Of a DNA stretch of 64,000 bases, positions 28,962 to 42,858 are shown one piece after another. The notes below the pieces were generated by a model. The model was not told where the DNA came from, made no database searches, and worked only from the letters and a program-made list of their open reading frames with translations. Numbering within the stretch: position 1 is the stretch's first letter; every line of letters starts with the position of its first letter. The position numbers and the translations under genes are program-made. Origin of the DNA: the human T2T-CHM13v2.0 reference genome, Homo sapiens; the NCBI RefSeq assembly GCF_009914755.1, contig NC_060927.1. One strand, written 5' to 3'.

Positions 28962-30071
28962 GAAAACCTAGGCAATACCATTCAGGACATAGGCATGGGC
29001 AAGGACTTCATATCTAAAACACCAAAAGCAATGGCAACAAAAGCCAAAATTGACAAATGGGATCTAATTAAACTAAAGAGCTTCTGCACAGCAAAAGAAA
29101 CTACCATCAGAGTGAACAGGCAACCTACAGAATGGGAGAAAATTTTTGCAATCTACTCATCTGACAAAGGGCTAATATCCAGAATCTACAATGAACTCAA
29201 ATTTACAAGAAAAATACAAACAACCCCATCAAAAAGTGGGCAAAGGATATGAACAGACACTTCCCAAAAGAAGACATTTATGCAGCCAAAAAACACATGA
29301 AAAAATGCTCATCATCACTGGCCATCAGAGAAATGCAAATCAAAACCAAAATGAGATACCATCTCACACCAGTTAGAATGGCAATCATTAAAAAGGCAGG
29401 AAACAACAGGTGCTGGAGAGGATGTAGAGAAATAGGAACACTTTTACACTGTTGGTGGGACTGTAAACTAGTTCAAGCATTGTGGAAGTCAGTGTGGCAA
29501 TTCCTCAGGGATCTAGAACTAGAAATACTATTAGACCCAACCATCCCATTACTGGGTATATACCCAAAGGATCATAAATCATGCTGCTATAAAGACACAT
29601 GCACACGTATGTTTATCGCGGCACTATTCACAATAGCAAAGACTTGGAACCAAGCCAAATGTCCAACAATGATAGACTGGATTAAGAAAATGTGGCACAT
29701 ATACACCATGGAATACTATGCAGCCATAAAAAAGGATGAGTTCATGTCTTTTATAGGGACATGGATGAAGCTGGAAACCATCATTCTCAGCAAACTATCG
29801 CAAGGACAAAAAACCAGACACCGCATTTTCTCACTCATAGGTGGGAATTGAACAATGAGAACACATGGACACAGGAAGGGGAACATCACACACCGGGGCC
29901 TGTTGTGGGGTGGGGGAGGGGGGAGGGATAGCATTAGGAGATATACCTAACGTTAAATGACGAGTTACTGGGTGCAGCACACCAACATGGCACATGTATA
30001 CATATGTCACTAACCTGCACGTTGTGCACATGTACCCTAAAACTTAAGGTATAATAAAGAAAAAGAGAAAA
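28962..30071 (+). mobile_element. 5'-truncated L1PA (L1PA3-5-like): ORF2 C-terminus, 3'UTR and A-tail
   Basis: ORFs 28872-29252 ([16 protein letters not shown]...) and 29249-29851 (CWRGC...HCWWDC...SLIGGN*) are L1 ORF2p with a frameshift near 29200. G-rich 3'UTR and A-rich tail. Confidence 0.97.
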
Positions 30072-30277
30072 ATCTCCCTGAAAGTTCTGTTTATACTTTT
30101 TTTTTTAATCAACACTACCTCACCTGCCATGAAGCTCCCTTTATTGTACTCTCAAGACAACTGCAAATCTGCCACTCTGATCTTATGTGCTTAGAACATC
30201 TGTGGCATTTACCTTCACTTGTGCATGTCTCTCTATTTTCCACTAATGGGTTCATTTCACATTGTGTTTGTTTTTAA

Positions 30278-30646
<369 letters not shown>

Positions 30647-32163
30647 TGAATTTGTCAAAGTCAAGCACCAGGACTTCAGCTACCCATCTTTAATTACAGA
30701 AACAAATCAAACCAAAATAATATCGGTAAAGCAGAAATTAATTACGAGATAATTTATGTGTGTGTTTTATGATCCAAAATAGAGTTATGAGAAGGGATTC
30801 TGGCATATTTCAAATATAAACAATTTCTATCTTTAAGACAACTCTGCCAGGAGAAATACTGATTTATTTCTAGAAAGGGGCAAATCTTCCAAATAGCCTA
30901 GGAAGGCATTGGTAAATCAGGCTCCCAAGTTTTATTCTTCAGTCAACTTGTCATAGGAAACTTTCTTATGAAACCAAAAGTGTGGGATGAGAGCAAGAAG
31001 GGTAGTGCATCCGGTTTAAGCGTGTGTGTCAATCACTTGGTTATGCAAATTTCATGTGCCTTTAGGAGCTGCTCAAGCCTTATCTCCAATATACCACTTC
31101 CATTGCATAATGAGCTGCTGCTGCACATGCCCAGATATGGCTTAGTGGAATAGAGAACACTCCGCGTAAGACGAGTATTTTCAGTTCCTGGTCACTTGTC
31201 TTAGGTTGACCAACATGTTTAGTCTCCACCAGGACAAGGAACAATCCAGAGCTGTATCTCAAATGGAAAGTAACTACTGAAGAGTGCATTTTATTGCTGA
31301 AAACTCTGAAATACTCACATAAAGGTTTTGGCAGGCCTCACTCAACATTCTAATATCTCACAAAAAAACTGAAGCACCATTGGATAAGCTGGTGTTAAGG
31401 TTCAAGTGATACGGTATTTGGAATGCAAACCGGGAAAGCTAAGGAGCTTTCTCCAGGCCATATATAAAGTTGTACAGGTTACTTGGTAACTAGTCAGAGC
31501 AGCATACACAAATATGATTTATGTTACATCCCAAATCAATGATGCTCACTAAATGTTTAACCATTCTCTGTGGTTGGTAGTACAAGATACAGGAATTGTC
31601 ATTCCTTGGAGACTACAACTGGGACATGCCCCAGAAAACTGGGCAGCCAGAAATTTCAATGAACTGGCATGCTCTAGAATTTTCTTGGGGTTTATCCATC
31701 ATTAATTTGCATGTGTTTTTCTTCCCAAGATATTTTGTGTATTATACTCACCAGGTACAATAAGTCTGATGTTTCAATGTTGTAGGCAAAGGTAATGTGC
31801 TGTGGAAATATACCATGATCAACATCCCTGTTGACTAATTCATTATAGAGAATCAGAAAGTTAACATAGACATGAATAAGATTGTGAAAAAATACTGTTG
31901 ACTCTTTCACATAAAAGAAAATTGATTCTGATAATCCTGGCTTATTGGTACTTAAAAATCAATTTTTATCTCAATAGTTTCATATCAGTTTGCTAAAAAG
32001 CTTTGCTGATTCACTCCAGTAAAGTGTCCGTGTTTGGCAAAGCAGTTCCAATTCAGGTGACTACCTGACCTGTTAAGATATTCCAATATCATTCTCCAAG
32101 AACTATCTATTGTTTTCAGTGGTAAAACAGAAAAGTTAAATGAAGATGTGAAAGAATAGCGGC

Positions 32164-32640
32164 TGTCTTAGTTTCCTAGGGCTGCTGTAACCAAATACCC
32201 CCAAACTTGTCTAAAACTGGAAATTTATTGTCTTAGAGTTTTTGAGGCTAGAAGTCCAAAATAAATGTGTTGGCAGGGCCATTCTTTCTCTGAAACCTGT
32301 AGGAGAGAAGATTCCTTGCCTCTTCCTAGCTTCTGGTGGTGGCCGTGAATTCTTGGCTTTCCTTGGTTGCAGGTGCACCACCTCAATCTCTGCTTATCAC
32401 ATCACATGGCATTCTTCCTCTATGCACACCTCTGTGTCTTAACATTCTTCTCTCTTTGTCTCTCTCCTCTTCTTATAGGAACACTAATCATATTGAATTA
32501 AGAGCCCGCTGTACCCTAGTATGACCTCATCATAATTTAACTAATTACACCGGCAATGACCCTATTTCCAAATAAAGTCCCATACTGGGGCTTAGGACAT
32601 CAGCATATGTCTTTTGGAAGACACAATTTAAACCATAACA
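32164..32640 (-). mobile_element. MLT1 (C/D-like) LTR
   Basis: tgtcttagtttcctagggctgctgtaac...gacacaatttaaaccataaca. Confidence 0.8.
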
Positions 32641-33354
32641 TCACCCCTGTATCTTTTCAAAACTTTGACATTGGTACTCATTTCTGCAATTTCCCCAAAA
32701 ATTCAGTATTGGATCTGAGAAGAACAATTGTTTTAGGGGCTTCAAATATGCCCCTTTTCTTTTAATAACCTTTACTTCATTGGTCAGGGAGCATTTATTA
32801 GGATTCTGCTGAGTATAGTTTATGTGTACACCAACTATGCATTCAGAAACAAGGAAAATAATCTCAGGGTGTACTTGCAAACTCATGAGGCCTATTCTGA
32901 CATGGACTTAGGCTGTTCCATTTATCTCCTGACCCTATGCCCTAAGCCCCTGGTTTGACTTGTCTAGTGATGGTGTTCTGGCTTCCCAGGGCCTGACTAT
33001 TGCCCTTTCCTAGTTGACAGTAACTTTGGCAAATAGCTGCAGGACAATTTGGGAAAGACCACAAAGAAACTTCATATTACATACGTGTGGCAATGTCAAG
33101 GGGACATATTATCTCTTCATTCAAATGTCTGTAGAAATAGTGGTCTGGAATTGCTACAGGTCTGGAAAGTGGGAAGAAGTGCTAATCATTGTAGTGATAG
33201 CAATTCAAGTGAGGTGTACACAGGCCAAACCTATAGTTTTTTGTTTTTGTCTTAATTTTACATAAATCTGTAGGGCAAAAATCTTCTGCCCACTTATTTT
33301 AATCCATTGCCAGTGATTTCTAATTATAAAAGCATTTTGATTATCACTCTGGAC

Positions 33355-33725
33355 TTGATTTCTACTACAGCAGAAAGAGGGGGCAGGAGAGACAGAGAGA
33401 TTTCAAAGAATTGACTTATGTGATTGTGGTTGCTGGCCAGTCTGAAATCTGTAGAGCAGGACTGCTGGCTGGAAATTCTCAGGCAGGAGCCAACTTTGCC
33501 CTCCACAGGTGGAATTTCTTCTTCCTCGGGGACATCTTAATTATGTTTTTAAGGCTTTGGATGAAGCTCACCCAGATTTCAAAGGATAATCTCCTTCCCT
33601 TAAAGTCAAATAATATTGGCTGTTAACCCATCTACAAAATACCTTCACAGCAACACCAAGATCAGTGTTTAATTAAATAACAGGGTACTAAACCCTAGCC
33701 AACTTGACACATGGAACTATTACAG
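33355..33725 (-). mobile_element. MLT2 LTR remnant
   Basis: aattgacttatgtgattgtgg...ctacaaaataccttcacagcaacacc...ctagccaacttgacaca. Confidence 0.7.
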
Positions 33726-34714
33726 TCGTATTTCTAAGATACATTAACTCAACGAAATAAGTCAGACCATTTTTATGGCAGCATTTCCCACTTTAATGCT
33801 GGCCTGCAGGGAAGAGTGTCTACAGAGCTTTATGATAATCTAGAGTATCTCTCACTTTGCATTTCTGAGTGATTTGGTGAAGAGTGTGTTCTCTAGGTCC
33901 CATAACAGACATAATTACAGGCTGAATGGGTAAGATAGAAAATAAATCAATTCCATCATTCCTACCTTCCTAAATCTTTGTATTCCTCTTACTACAGTAT
34001 ACCAAAACCTTCCTTGAATGCTTACATCATTCCATATGAGACAACCTTGAGTCAGAAGCACTCTCAAATGCTTGAGCTCACCCACTGATTTACAAATCTC
34101 TGGAAAATGCAGGCACATTATAAATTTCACCTAATCTAATATTTTTGGTTCTTTTTCCCTAATTTAGAACCTCAGGGATCCATTGCGACACATATTCCTC
34201 ATGTTGTTGCAAGGAAATTGGCAAAATCTTGAAAATTTTTGCTGTAAAGCTATCCCATACCATTGAAGACTTTCTTTGGGACCCCCTGGGCATGCTGGGG
34301 TCTGATTGTAAGTCAAAAAGCAATAACGTTGAGGGTGGGGTCACAAGAAAAGTTGTTTTTTTTTTTTTTTTTGGCAAGGAAACTACCCCAAGTGAGGACT
34401 TATAGGATCTACAAACAGAGTAGACTCAGCCTCATAAGACAAGGAAGAGGAGTTGCTACTGCTAACATGGGAGGACCATAGATTTGGAGGGCCAGATAAC
34501 TCAGATTCTTTAGAATCTGTCTATGGATTCCCACCTGTATCTAAAAAAATGCCCTAAATTACATAGGAGAGCTGTTTCAGCAGCCTACACGATCAGACTT
34601 TGCCTTTGATTTTTAGCTACATCATCCTGATAAGACATCATTTTAGGGTAGTCACAAAGTCTCCTGGTCCTTATCAATTCCTGAAGCTAAGAATTTAAAA
34701 CCTTGATTTAATTA

Positions 34715-34868
34715 TTTTCCTCTTTTTCTCCCTCCATCTTTCCCTCCCTTCTTCATTCCCCCTCTCCCCTCCTTCCTATCACTCATTCCTTCCTTCCCTC
34801 CCTTCCTTCTTTTCTTTCTTCCTTACTTCCTTTTCCATTCCTTCCTTCTTTCCTTCCTCTCCTCCTCC
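34715..34868. repeat. Polypyrimidine (CCTT/CT)-rich low-complexity tract
   Basis: Directly visible. Confidence 0.9.
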
Positions 34869-35662
34869 GATATAGATTGCAATCACAAGTTTTCAGACCA
34901 ATTTACACTTTGTATTCCTCTTTGTCCTCAAACAAGCCTGCTTTAGCAACCTGCTGTTCTAACAAAGCCTAGCATTTATTCCAGGTGACAGTGGACAATA
35001 ATTTAAGTAACTTTATTTGGTCATGTGTACCTCATCTATTTTGTGTATCCCATTTTTTTAATGGTACTACATCCTTACTTCCTTTAATCCAAACCAGGTC
35101 AGATAATCCCAGATGCTTACTCCTAAGTGTTAACTTCTTGCTCCAAATATCTTATCAGTGTTGAAAGCAGAAACCACTCTAGTTATATTCAGAAGAAAAA
35201 TCTTGACACAGATAATTAAACAATTTAAAAAAATCATCGGAAGGGCTTAGCCAGAATGCTCTAGGCTTAGTCTGTAGGAATGATTTCCAGACATATATAG
35301 GACTGACTCACAAGAGTCTATTTCACTGGAGGCCATTACTAGAGCTGAGTTTAAGAACAACCCTGAGGTTCTGATACAAGCTTTGAATCTTAATACCAAA
35401 AAATAAAAAAAAGAGAGAGAGATATATATTGGACATTGGAGCATTGCTTCAGGAAAATCTCACTTTTCCACAAACTCTGCCTCTGTTAAAACTTCCAAAA
35501 CTGAAACTAGTCCATTTCATGGGCAGAATCTAATTAACGTACATAATCTAAGTTGCAAGGAAGTCTGGGATATACAGATTTCAGCTTTCCAATCTCACAA
35601 ATAGGGGGGTGGATTGATGGTTGAGCAAGCCCTTCCACAATTTTTATCAAAAGTAGAAATCG

Positions 35663-35835
35663 AGCTGGGTGTGGTGATATGCACCTATGGTCCCAGCTGC
35701 TGGAGAAGCTGAGGCAGGAGGATAGTTTAAGCTCAAGAGTTTGAGTTTGAAGTGCAGGGTGATCATGCCTGTGACCAGCTACTGCACTCCAGCCTGGGCA
35801 ACATAGTGAGACATCATCTGCAAAAAAGAAATTTA
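35663..35835 (+). mobile_element. Diverged Alu monomer (FRAM/FAM-like)
   Basis: gctgggtgtggtg...cccagct...actgcactccagcctgggcaacatagtgaga. Confidence 0.8.
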
Positions 35836-38800
35836 AAAAGTCTATGAGATGGAGACCTGCCCTTATAAGGTTGTTTTGCTAAGGACTTATCCTGCTTGTT
35901 TTGACATGTATGTGGGAGTTTTGTGTTTCCAGTGCCCTATAATTTCCATTATAGATGACAGAATCCATTGCCATCTCATAGTCTTCCTAATTCAGTCTTC
36001 ACCCAGGAAGTATGAGGTCAGAAGACTTGGAAAGGACTGCTTTGAAGGGCACTGAGTTCATTTTCAAACACTGTGTTGGTATATCTAGCACTCAAAATTG
36101 GTTGGCCAGGACAGGCTTCCCTATTCCATAAGTAGAAATGCTACCTATAGACCTGTTGTATTAATCAACCTGTCTACACCTCATAGATGATATTCCTTCT
36201 TGTAGAACCCTAAGACACTTATAAGATTTTGGGAACCCTGCAGTGGTGGGTGGTAAAACAGCTCTCTGGAGGGCAAAACTATTTTTCAATGGTATAACAT
36301 CAATTACTTCCTTTAATCCAAACCAGGTCAGACAATCCCAGATGCAGTGTTTATTGTTTGATTTGTAGTGTTTATTGTTTTTGGAGTTTAAATTCTCCCT
36401 GCGTGTCTGATTTCAGGGTACCAACTTGATGCCATTGAACATGGGACATGATGTGCATAATCAGCTCTTGGGAACCTTCAGGAGTGGGCTCCAACACCTC
36501 ACTGGACCTCTGGGTTCCTAGTAGAGTGGAGGAAGTGTTCACTTAGCCACAACTTTGCCTCACCCTGGAGGCTGACTGAGGCATGTTAGTATACCCTCTC
36601 CCTGTAGTTCTGGAGTGAGGACATTGGAAAGCTAAACAGTGGTGCTTGATTCAAATTGCTTGATCCAATTTCTGTGGCCTTTGTCTGAAGAGGGAGGAAT
36701 AAGAATGTGTCAACCTGGAATTCCCAGACTGGCTGATTGGGTCACATTTGGAAAGTCGCTGTGTGCACATCTGATTATCCTGAACCTAGGACTATGATTC
36801 ATTCTTTCTTTCTCAGAACCTGTATCAGTTTGTTATATTGATTAGCATGACTGTCTGAATAGTGTCTTTCCATGTCAAATCTATGAAAGTTTGAACCTTA
36901 TATGCTTTTGCTCAAAACTGTATTTCCTATACCTAGTAATTGTACCTAGACTGACACATAGGGAGATTGTAAAATAAATATTTTTTGAGTTAGTGAATGA
37001 ACAAAGGAAACTGCATCCCAACTTCTTGACTCACCTATATGCCCATGAATGGCCCCTAGATCTTCCTGGGCCTTAACTAATAACAATTGGGCCTATAACT
37101 AATAACAATTAGTTATAATGAAATAACTAATTTATCCTTCTTTCTTCTTTGTGAGCAATATTCAAATGCAGATGTACTTTTCATTTACTTTGCTAAATAG
37201 ACCTATATGTGCCTTTTAAACCTTCCTTATAAGTCAGGTGCCTTTATTTCACTCTACTTTAGATATTGTGCAGTCAAATACTAAATACAAAGAAATCCAT
37301 CCTGGGTCTCAATAAAGTGATGTTTCTATCTTTTATTTATGATAAAGACCTTCATATTATTCACATCTAAGAACACAGTGAAACCCCCAAAGAATGGGGC
37401 AGATGAATTATACTGGGTCTATTATTAAGATAAATGAGAAGTATTTTGGATAATTCTTCAATTTTGGAAAGAATTAGGGATGCCTCCCAGTGAGACACTG
37501 CACTTGGGAAGATGAAATCCTCTACCTCAATGATTTTCTGCCCCCATTTCTAAGTTAACCTGCCAATTTCATGTCTACAACTGAGATCATTCATTCATTC
37601 AAAAATGTATTATACAACTATATTCTCTGATGTCCCCTTTGCCCGCTTTTAAATTGCTGTTATTTATAGAAGGGCTGTTAATTTCTTCAAGGGAGATCGA
37701 AAATAAATCTAATAAATGATACCTGAACATTAATTTCAAAAATATTTAGTGCAAAGAGCCAAATGTAATAGAAAACACAGGAAGAGCTGGTGACAATATC
37801 GTTTCGATTTTCAATTTCATCAGTTCATTACAATTTAAGGATTCTAGGTAAAATTTAAAGCACTTTCAGAAAAAGAAATTACCCTTAAAAATGAAATCCA
37901 AGGAACTCATTTTGTGGCTCCACAATCTCTCTCTTGTGCTGATGTCGCCTACCAAGGACAATAGTGATTGATTGAGAAACTTTCAGATTATGGAAAACCT
38001 ATGTCAAAAACAGGGAAAATTTAAGAAAAGGGCTGGCCTAAAATGGAAGGCCAAGCTAAACTAGGTTGGATCTCCATCGGCTGGGGTTATTGGGGAGAAT
38101 GTTTCAGCATTAGATGAGGGGTTGAAAGACATATAAAGCCCTCTTTAACCCTAAAATCTGTGCACACATATGCACATACACACACATAAATGAGGAATGT
38201 TTCAGTCAATGAACTGTATAATAATATCCATCTAAGTGCATCGTAGCATTACCTGATTGTCTACAAATCTTAATGTCAGTTTATAAGCTTCATAAAGTCA
38301 TGAAATGTCCAACACTCTCATTGTACATATGAGAAAACTGTGCTTGCTCCTGTCTTATTTCACGATATTGATGGTGTCTCAGAATACTGACGTGATTTGC
38401 TCAGGACTATAAAACTGTATGCAGTTACAGGAGTAGAGCTAAAGACCAGATCTCCCGATGCTAACATGATAGGTGCAATTTTTCTACTACCCTGCCTTGC
38501 ATCTTAAGTTGCAGTCCCCTACGGGAAAGAGACCAAATTTATTTCTTTCCATGCTTTCAGAAAATAAATACATTCACAATATATTTTTGCCACTCTTCTT
38601 ACTGAAGAAAACATTAGCGTTTTTAAATTGTGGAATTAGGAATTTAGAATGAGGCCCTCTACCTTACATTGAGCTGAAAGTTTGTTTCACAGCATAGCAA
38701 TTGGGAAGAGAGAGGGATGGCTAAGAAGTTTAAAGCACTGAGCACAAATAAGGCCAGAGATAAGAAATAGTTATTTGTGAAATTTTCTGTAGAAGTTACC

Positions 38801-38944
38801 TTTTGTTTTGGAAACTTCTGAAAGAGCAATTTAGAAAGTCTTCCACTGGTAAAAGATGCTTTTAAATATACTTTTAAAAATACAGTGCAGTGAGAATTAA
38901 ATCACCAGGCAGCTGTAAACTGTAGGACAAATAAAACTACAAAT

Positions 38945-39102
38945 TACATTTATAGGACACATTTCATCCAGAGGAATCCCAGAGCACTTTATAAATGGAT
39001 TAGAAAGCATACATCTAGGAATCAGCTCACCCACAACTGAAATACTTCTACCTCCGGGGCCCGTCCAGGCAGCTTGTTAGCAAAAGACAGCCATGCTGCA
39101 CT
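38945..39102 (-). mobile_element. AmnSINE1-like (Deu-SINE) 3' relic
   Basis: Resembles the recalled antisense AmnSINE tail: tttcatccagaggaatcccagagcacttta...cacccacaactgaaatacttctacctccgggg...ggcagcttgttagca. Confidence 0.55.
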
Positions 39103-39261
39103 CCAAAACGGGCAAAGAGAGCCGGGTCCTAACCGACCCACATGTCAGCTCCTGATTCAATGCCAGGGAGCTGTGCATTACAAAGCATGGTCCTGAAATG
39201 AAAATTTTTAAGAAATTTCATTAGGACCAGTCATCCAGGAAATTATGATGTTTCTCTCTCA

Positions 39262-39470
39262 CAGCACAGTGAATAGGACATGGGCTTTGAAATCAGACAA
39301 TCCTGGGAGAAAAATCAATTTGGCCATTTATTAGTTGTGTGATCAGGGGCAAGTTATTTAACTGCTCAAAGTCTTAGTTTCCTTCTATGCATTTGTTTCT
39401 ATAGTAAATGAGATGATATAAGACCTTAGCCCTCTGCTTGGGAAATAGCAAACATTCAATAAATGTTTGT
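39262..39470 (+). mobile_element. MIR
   Basis: tgggctttgaaatcagac...tgtgtgatcaggggcaagttatttaact...tagtttcct. Confidence 0.75.
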
Positions 39471-39724
39471 TTTATTCTTTTGCTATGGAGTAGAGAAATT
39501 ATCCCTTCTTTTTAAACATTACTAAAAACCAATTTAAATTTGCTTTCTTATTCATGTTTGTGTCTTCTTCACCACTATTATATAGGCACATACATATATA
39601 CATGTAATATATATGACATATATCAATACAACTATTTTACTGTATGTGAATACATACATATATATCATATGATGTACACATATATACTTGGTCGGGGGGA
39701 ATATTACATTTGCACCCTTTTCCT

Positions 39725-40800
39725 ACACCCCACCATTGTTAAGAAAAGGCCTGGAAAGAGAATGAAATCTAGCACACGTGTAGAGGGAGTAACTTACACC
39801 GGAAGAGCTATTTTGTGGTGTCAGGTGGGGAAGCTGTCTATGAGAGCAGAGGCTCATAGGTGGGCAGATATGGTAGTGCCAGTCGTAGGAAGGTTTTACT
39901 GATTGCTTCAATGTTCTCATATCCTCAGTGCCGTGGAAGTAAAACAATCAGCTAGAGTGAAGGTGGGGCAGGAGATTAGGGAGATTTAAGGAAACAGAAA
40001 GGATATAAAATTCTCATCGAAGAAACAGTGAGAATAAATAGCCTGGGTAGATAGGCAGGATTTCTGGCCAGCATTAAAGTCCTTCTTGAAGTCTGGGATC
40101 ATATTTTTAAAGTAAGACTAGTCAGCATGTTGAAATCTTTCTTTTGCCATGAGTAGCTGCACGGCTGTAAACATGGAGTAGGCAGAGAATTTGATTTAAC
40201 CAGTGTTTAAATGTGATCTAATGAGGACTTAGTTGTGCCAAGAAAATCTAATGACAAGAGAGGGGCAAGAGAATGGAGAGTGTATGCAATGGAGGGATTA
40301 TAATGGTTGGCCTAGAATTTAAGCTGTGAAAGGAGAGAAAGAGAACATCAAGGATGTGAGGGAGAATGACAAGGTGGTAGAATTAATAAATTGGAGTTAC
40401 TGAGAATATTGAGGAATCAGGACCCAGTATATTAGAGGAGGTGAATTAGAAAGATAGGAGCTAGTGATCAGATAACTTGCTGCATGAAATTGAGACTATA
40501 GAGGGTTGTTGTTATTAGCATTGACAAGGTCTAGAGTGTGACCCTAGGTGTGAGTGGCCAAGGTAGAATGGAAGACAAGATAATTGGAGTAGAGAGGGTC
40601 AAAGAGCTAGGAGGCCACGGTGTTGGAAGAATCATCTACTTATATACTAAAATCACTAATTCTTATAACAGCAATAGTGTGAGAGGGACCTTAATTCATC
40701 CAGGTTTTAGCAGAGCAAGGGTGAAGCCAAATGCCCCAGGAGTTGGTTAAGGCCTGCAACAATAGAATGTAGTTAATAATTTAATCTAATTCCATGAGAT
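39725..40800 (-). mobile_element. L2-like remnant
   Basis: Purine-rich degenerate tract typical of antisense L2. Recognised by composition more than by exact motif. Confidence 0.4.
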
Positions 40801-42261
40801 TCAGAGCCAGTGGGACCTGAGGGTCTTTGTGACCTGTGATGATAGAAATAAAGAGATTTAGGGGGAAATTAAGAATAAACCATTATCCTACCACTATACC
40901 ATGATAGTATTTTGGAATGCATTCTTGCAGAGTTTTAGGTACTTATCCATACTGAATAGAAAGAGTGTAGTCAGTAATACTAGAGATCTGTAAGTCAGCT
41001 GCTCTCTTTACCTCCCTGGAGAAATCAAAGCACCTACCAGTGATGGAGGAAAACTATTTTCATTGGATGACGAAAGAGAAATTGGGAAGAAAGCATAGAT
41101 TACTGTCTCACTCAAGGAGTCAGTCAAGCAAGGAACAACCAGAAAAGCTCAGCCACATGCTTACTCCAGGCACGAGAAATATAAAATCCAAAATCACTTA
41201 CAGCCCACATGTTGTGGGAATTTAGGAGTAGTATCACTAGTCATAATCATTGAAGGTATTTTTCCCTGTCTGTTGTTGTTTATCTTTATTCTAGGTAATC
41301 AGATGTATGAACTTTATCTGTTGGGGAGATCTTCTATTCCTCTTGGCCCAAGTTTTCCCCGCAGGTACATGCAGACCAATATATCACATGGTGAAAACAA
41401 ACTCGCAGGGGAACAAAGTCACTTTCTCCAGTGAACTCAATCAGTAATGAAAGTGTTCTGATCTACAGCTCATGAGCCTTATTTCTAAAATTGCTCTGAA
41501 AGTGGGGAGAGAAAATGGGGGAGTTATGTATTTGTCCATCTATCCCACCCATATATATACTTTACCCTTCATGTTTTCTGGCTTTTTAATGTCCTGTTTC
41601 AAAAGGTCTTGACCAGAACAAGATAATGTGTTTTTTCCATATTGTATTCTAGCACATTTATGGTATCATCTTTTATGTTTAAGTTTCTGCTCCAGCTCAG
41701 ATTTGCTTTGTATGAAATAGTGATTTAATTTTATTTTTTCAAAATAATGTTAGTTGTTCTAAAACCATGTATTAAATAGCCCAGATTTCCCCCACTGATT
41801 TGAAATGATAATGTGTATAGCCAAGATATCAGATAACATCATCTTGTCTTTTGTGCATCAAATGAAATGGTCTCCAACCACAAATCTACAATTTCTTACA
41901 CTCTCTGGGTATTCTTGTGAAGTGTCATCTCGGGCTTAAATTGAATTACCTCAGCCTTCGTTTGTCTGAAAGACTTTGTTTAGTCATCTCTCTCTCTCTC
42001 TTTTTTTTAGATATACATTTTCTAGATTGAAGTTTTGCTTATTTCATCGCTTAAAAAATGTCCTGTATATGTTGTTTCTTTTTCTTGGTGTGGTGGCAGG
42101 AAGCTGCCTGTTAAGATATTCTCTTAATATTTGTTTTTCAGAATTAAAAATTGCAGGCCTTTGTGTGGTTTTCCTAGCATTTATCTTACATAAATTTGTT
42201 GAGCCTCTTAGATCAGGGTCTACAGTTGTTATCAAATTTCAAATTTGTGCAAAGACTATTT

Positions 42262-42470
42262 TTTTAATTAGTTAATTAATTAATTAATTAATTTTATTAT
42301 TATTATGCTTTAAGTTTTAGGGTACATGTGCACAATGTGCAGGTTAGTTACATATGTATACATGTGCCATGCTGGTGTGCTGCACCCATTAACTTGTCAT
42401 TTAGCATTAACACTCTGGGGACTGTTGTGGGGTCGGGGGGGGGAGGGATAGCATTAGAAGATATACCTAA
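42262..42470 (-). mobile_element. Short L1PA2/3 insertion with 5' inversion (twin priming)
   Basis: T/(AATT) tail and antisense L1 3' end (to 42408), then a sense-orientation upstream segment (42409-42470). 14-bp TSD tgcaaagactattt at 42248-42261 and 42471-42484. Confidence 0.93.

Positions 42471-42858
<388 letters not shown>

Noticed and set aside
29249-29851. 200-aa ORF, the longest in the window
   Set aside because: It is the C-terminus of L1 ORF2p in a 5'-truncated, frameshifted L1, not a host gene.
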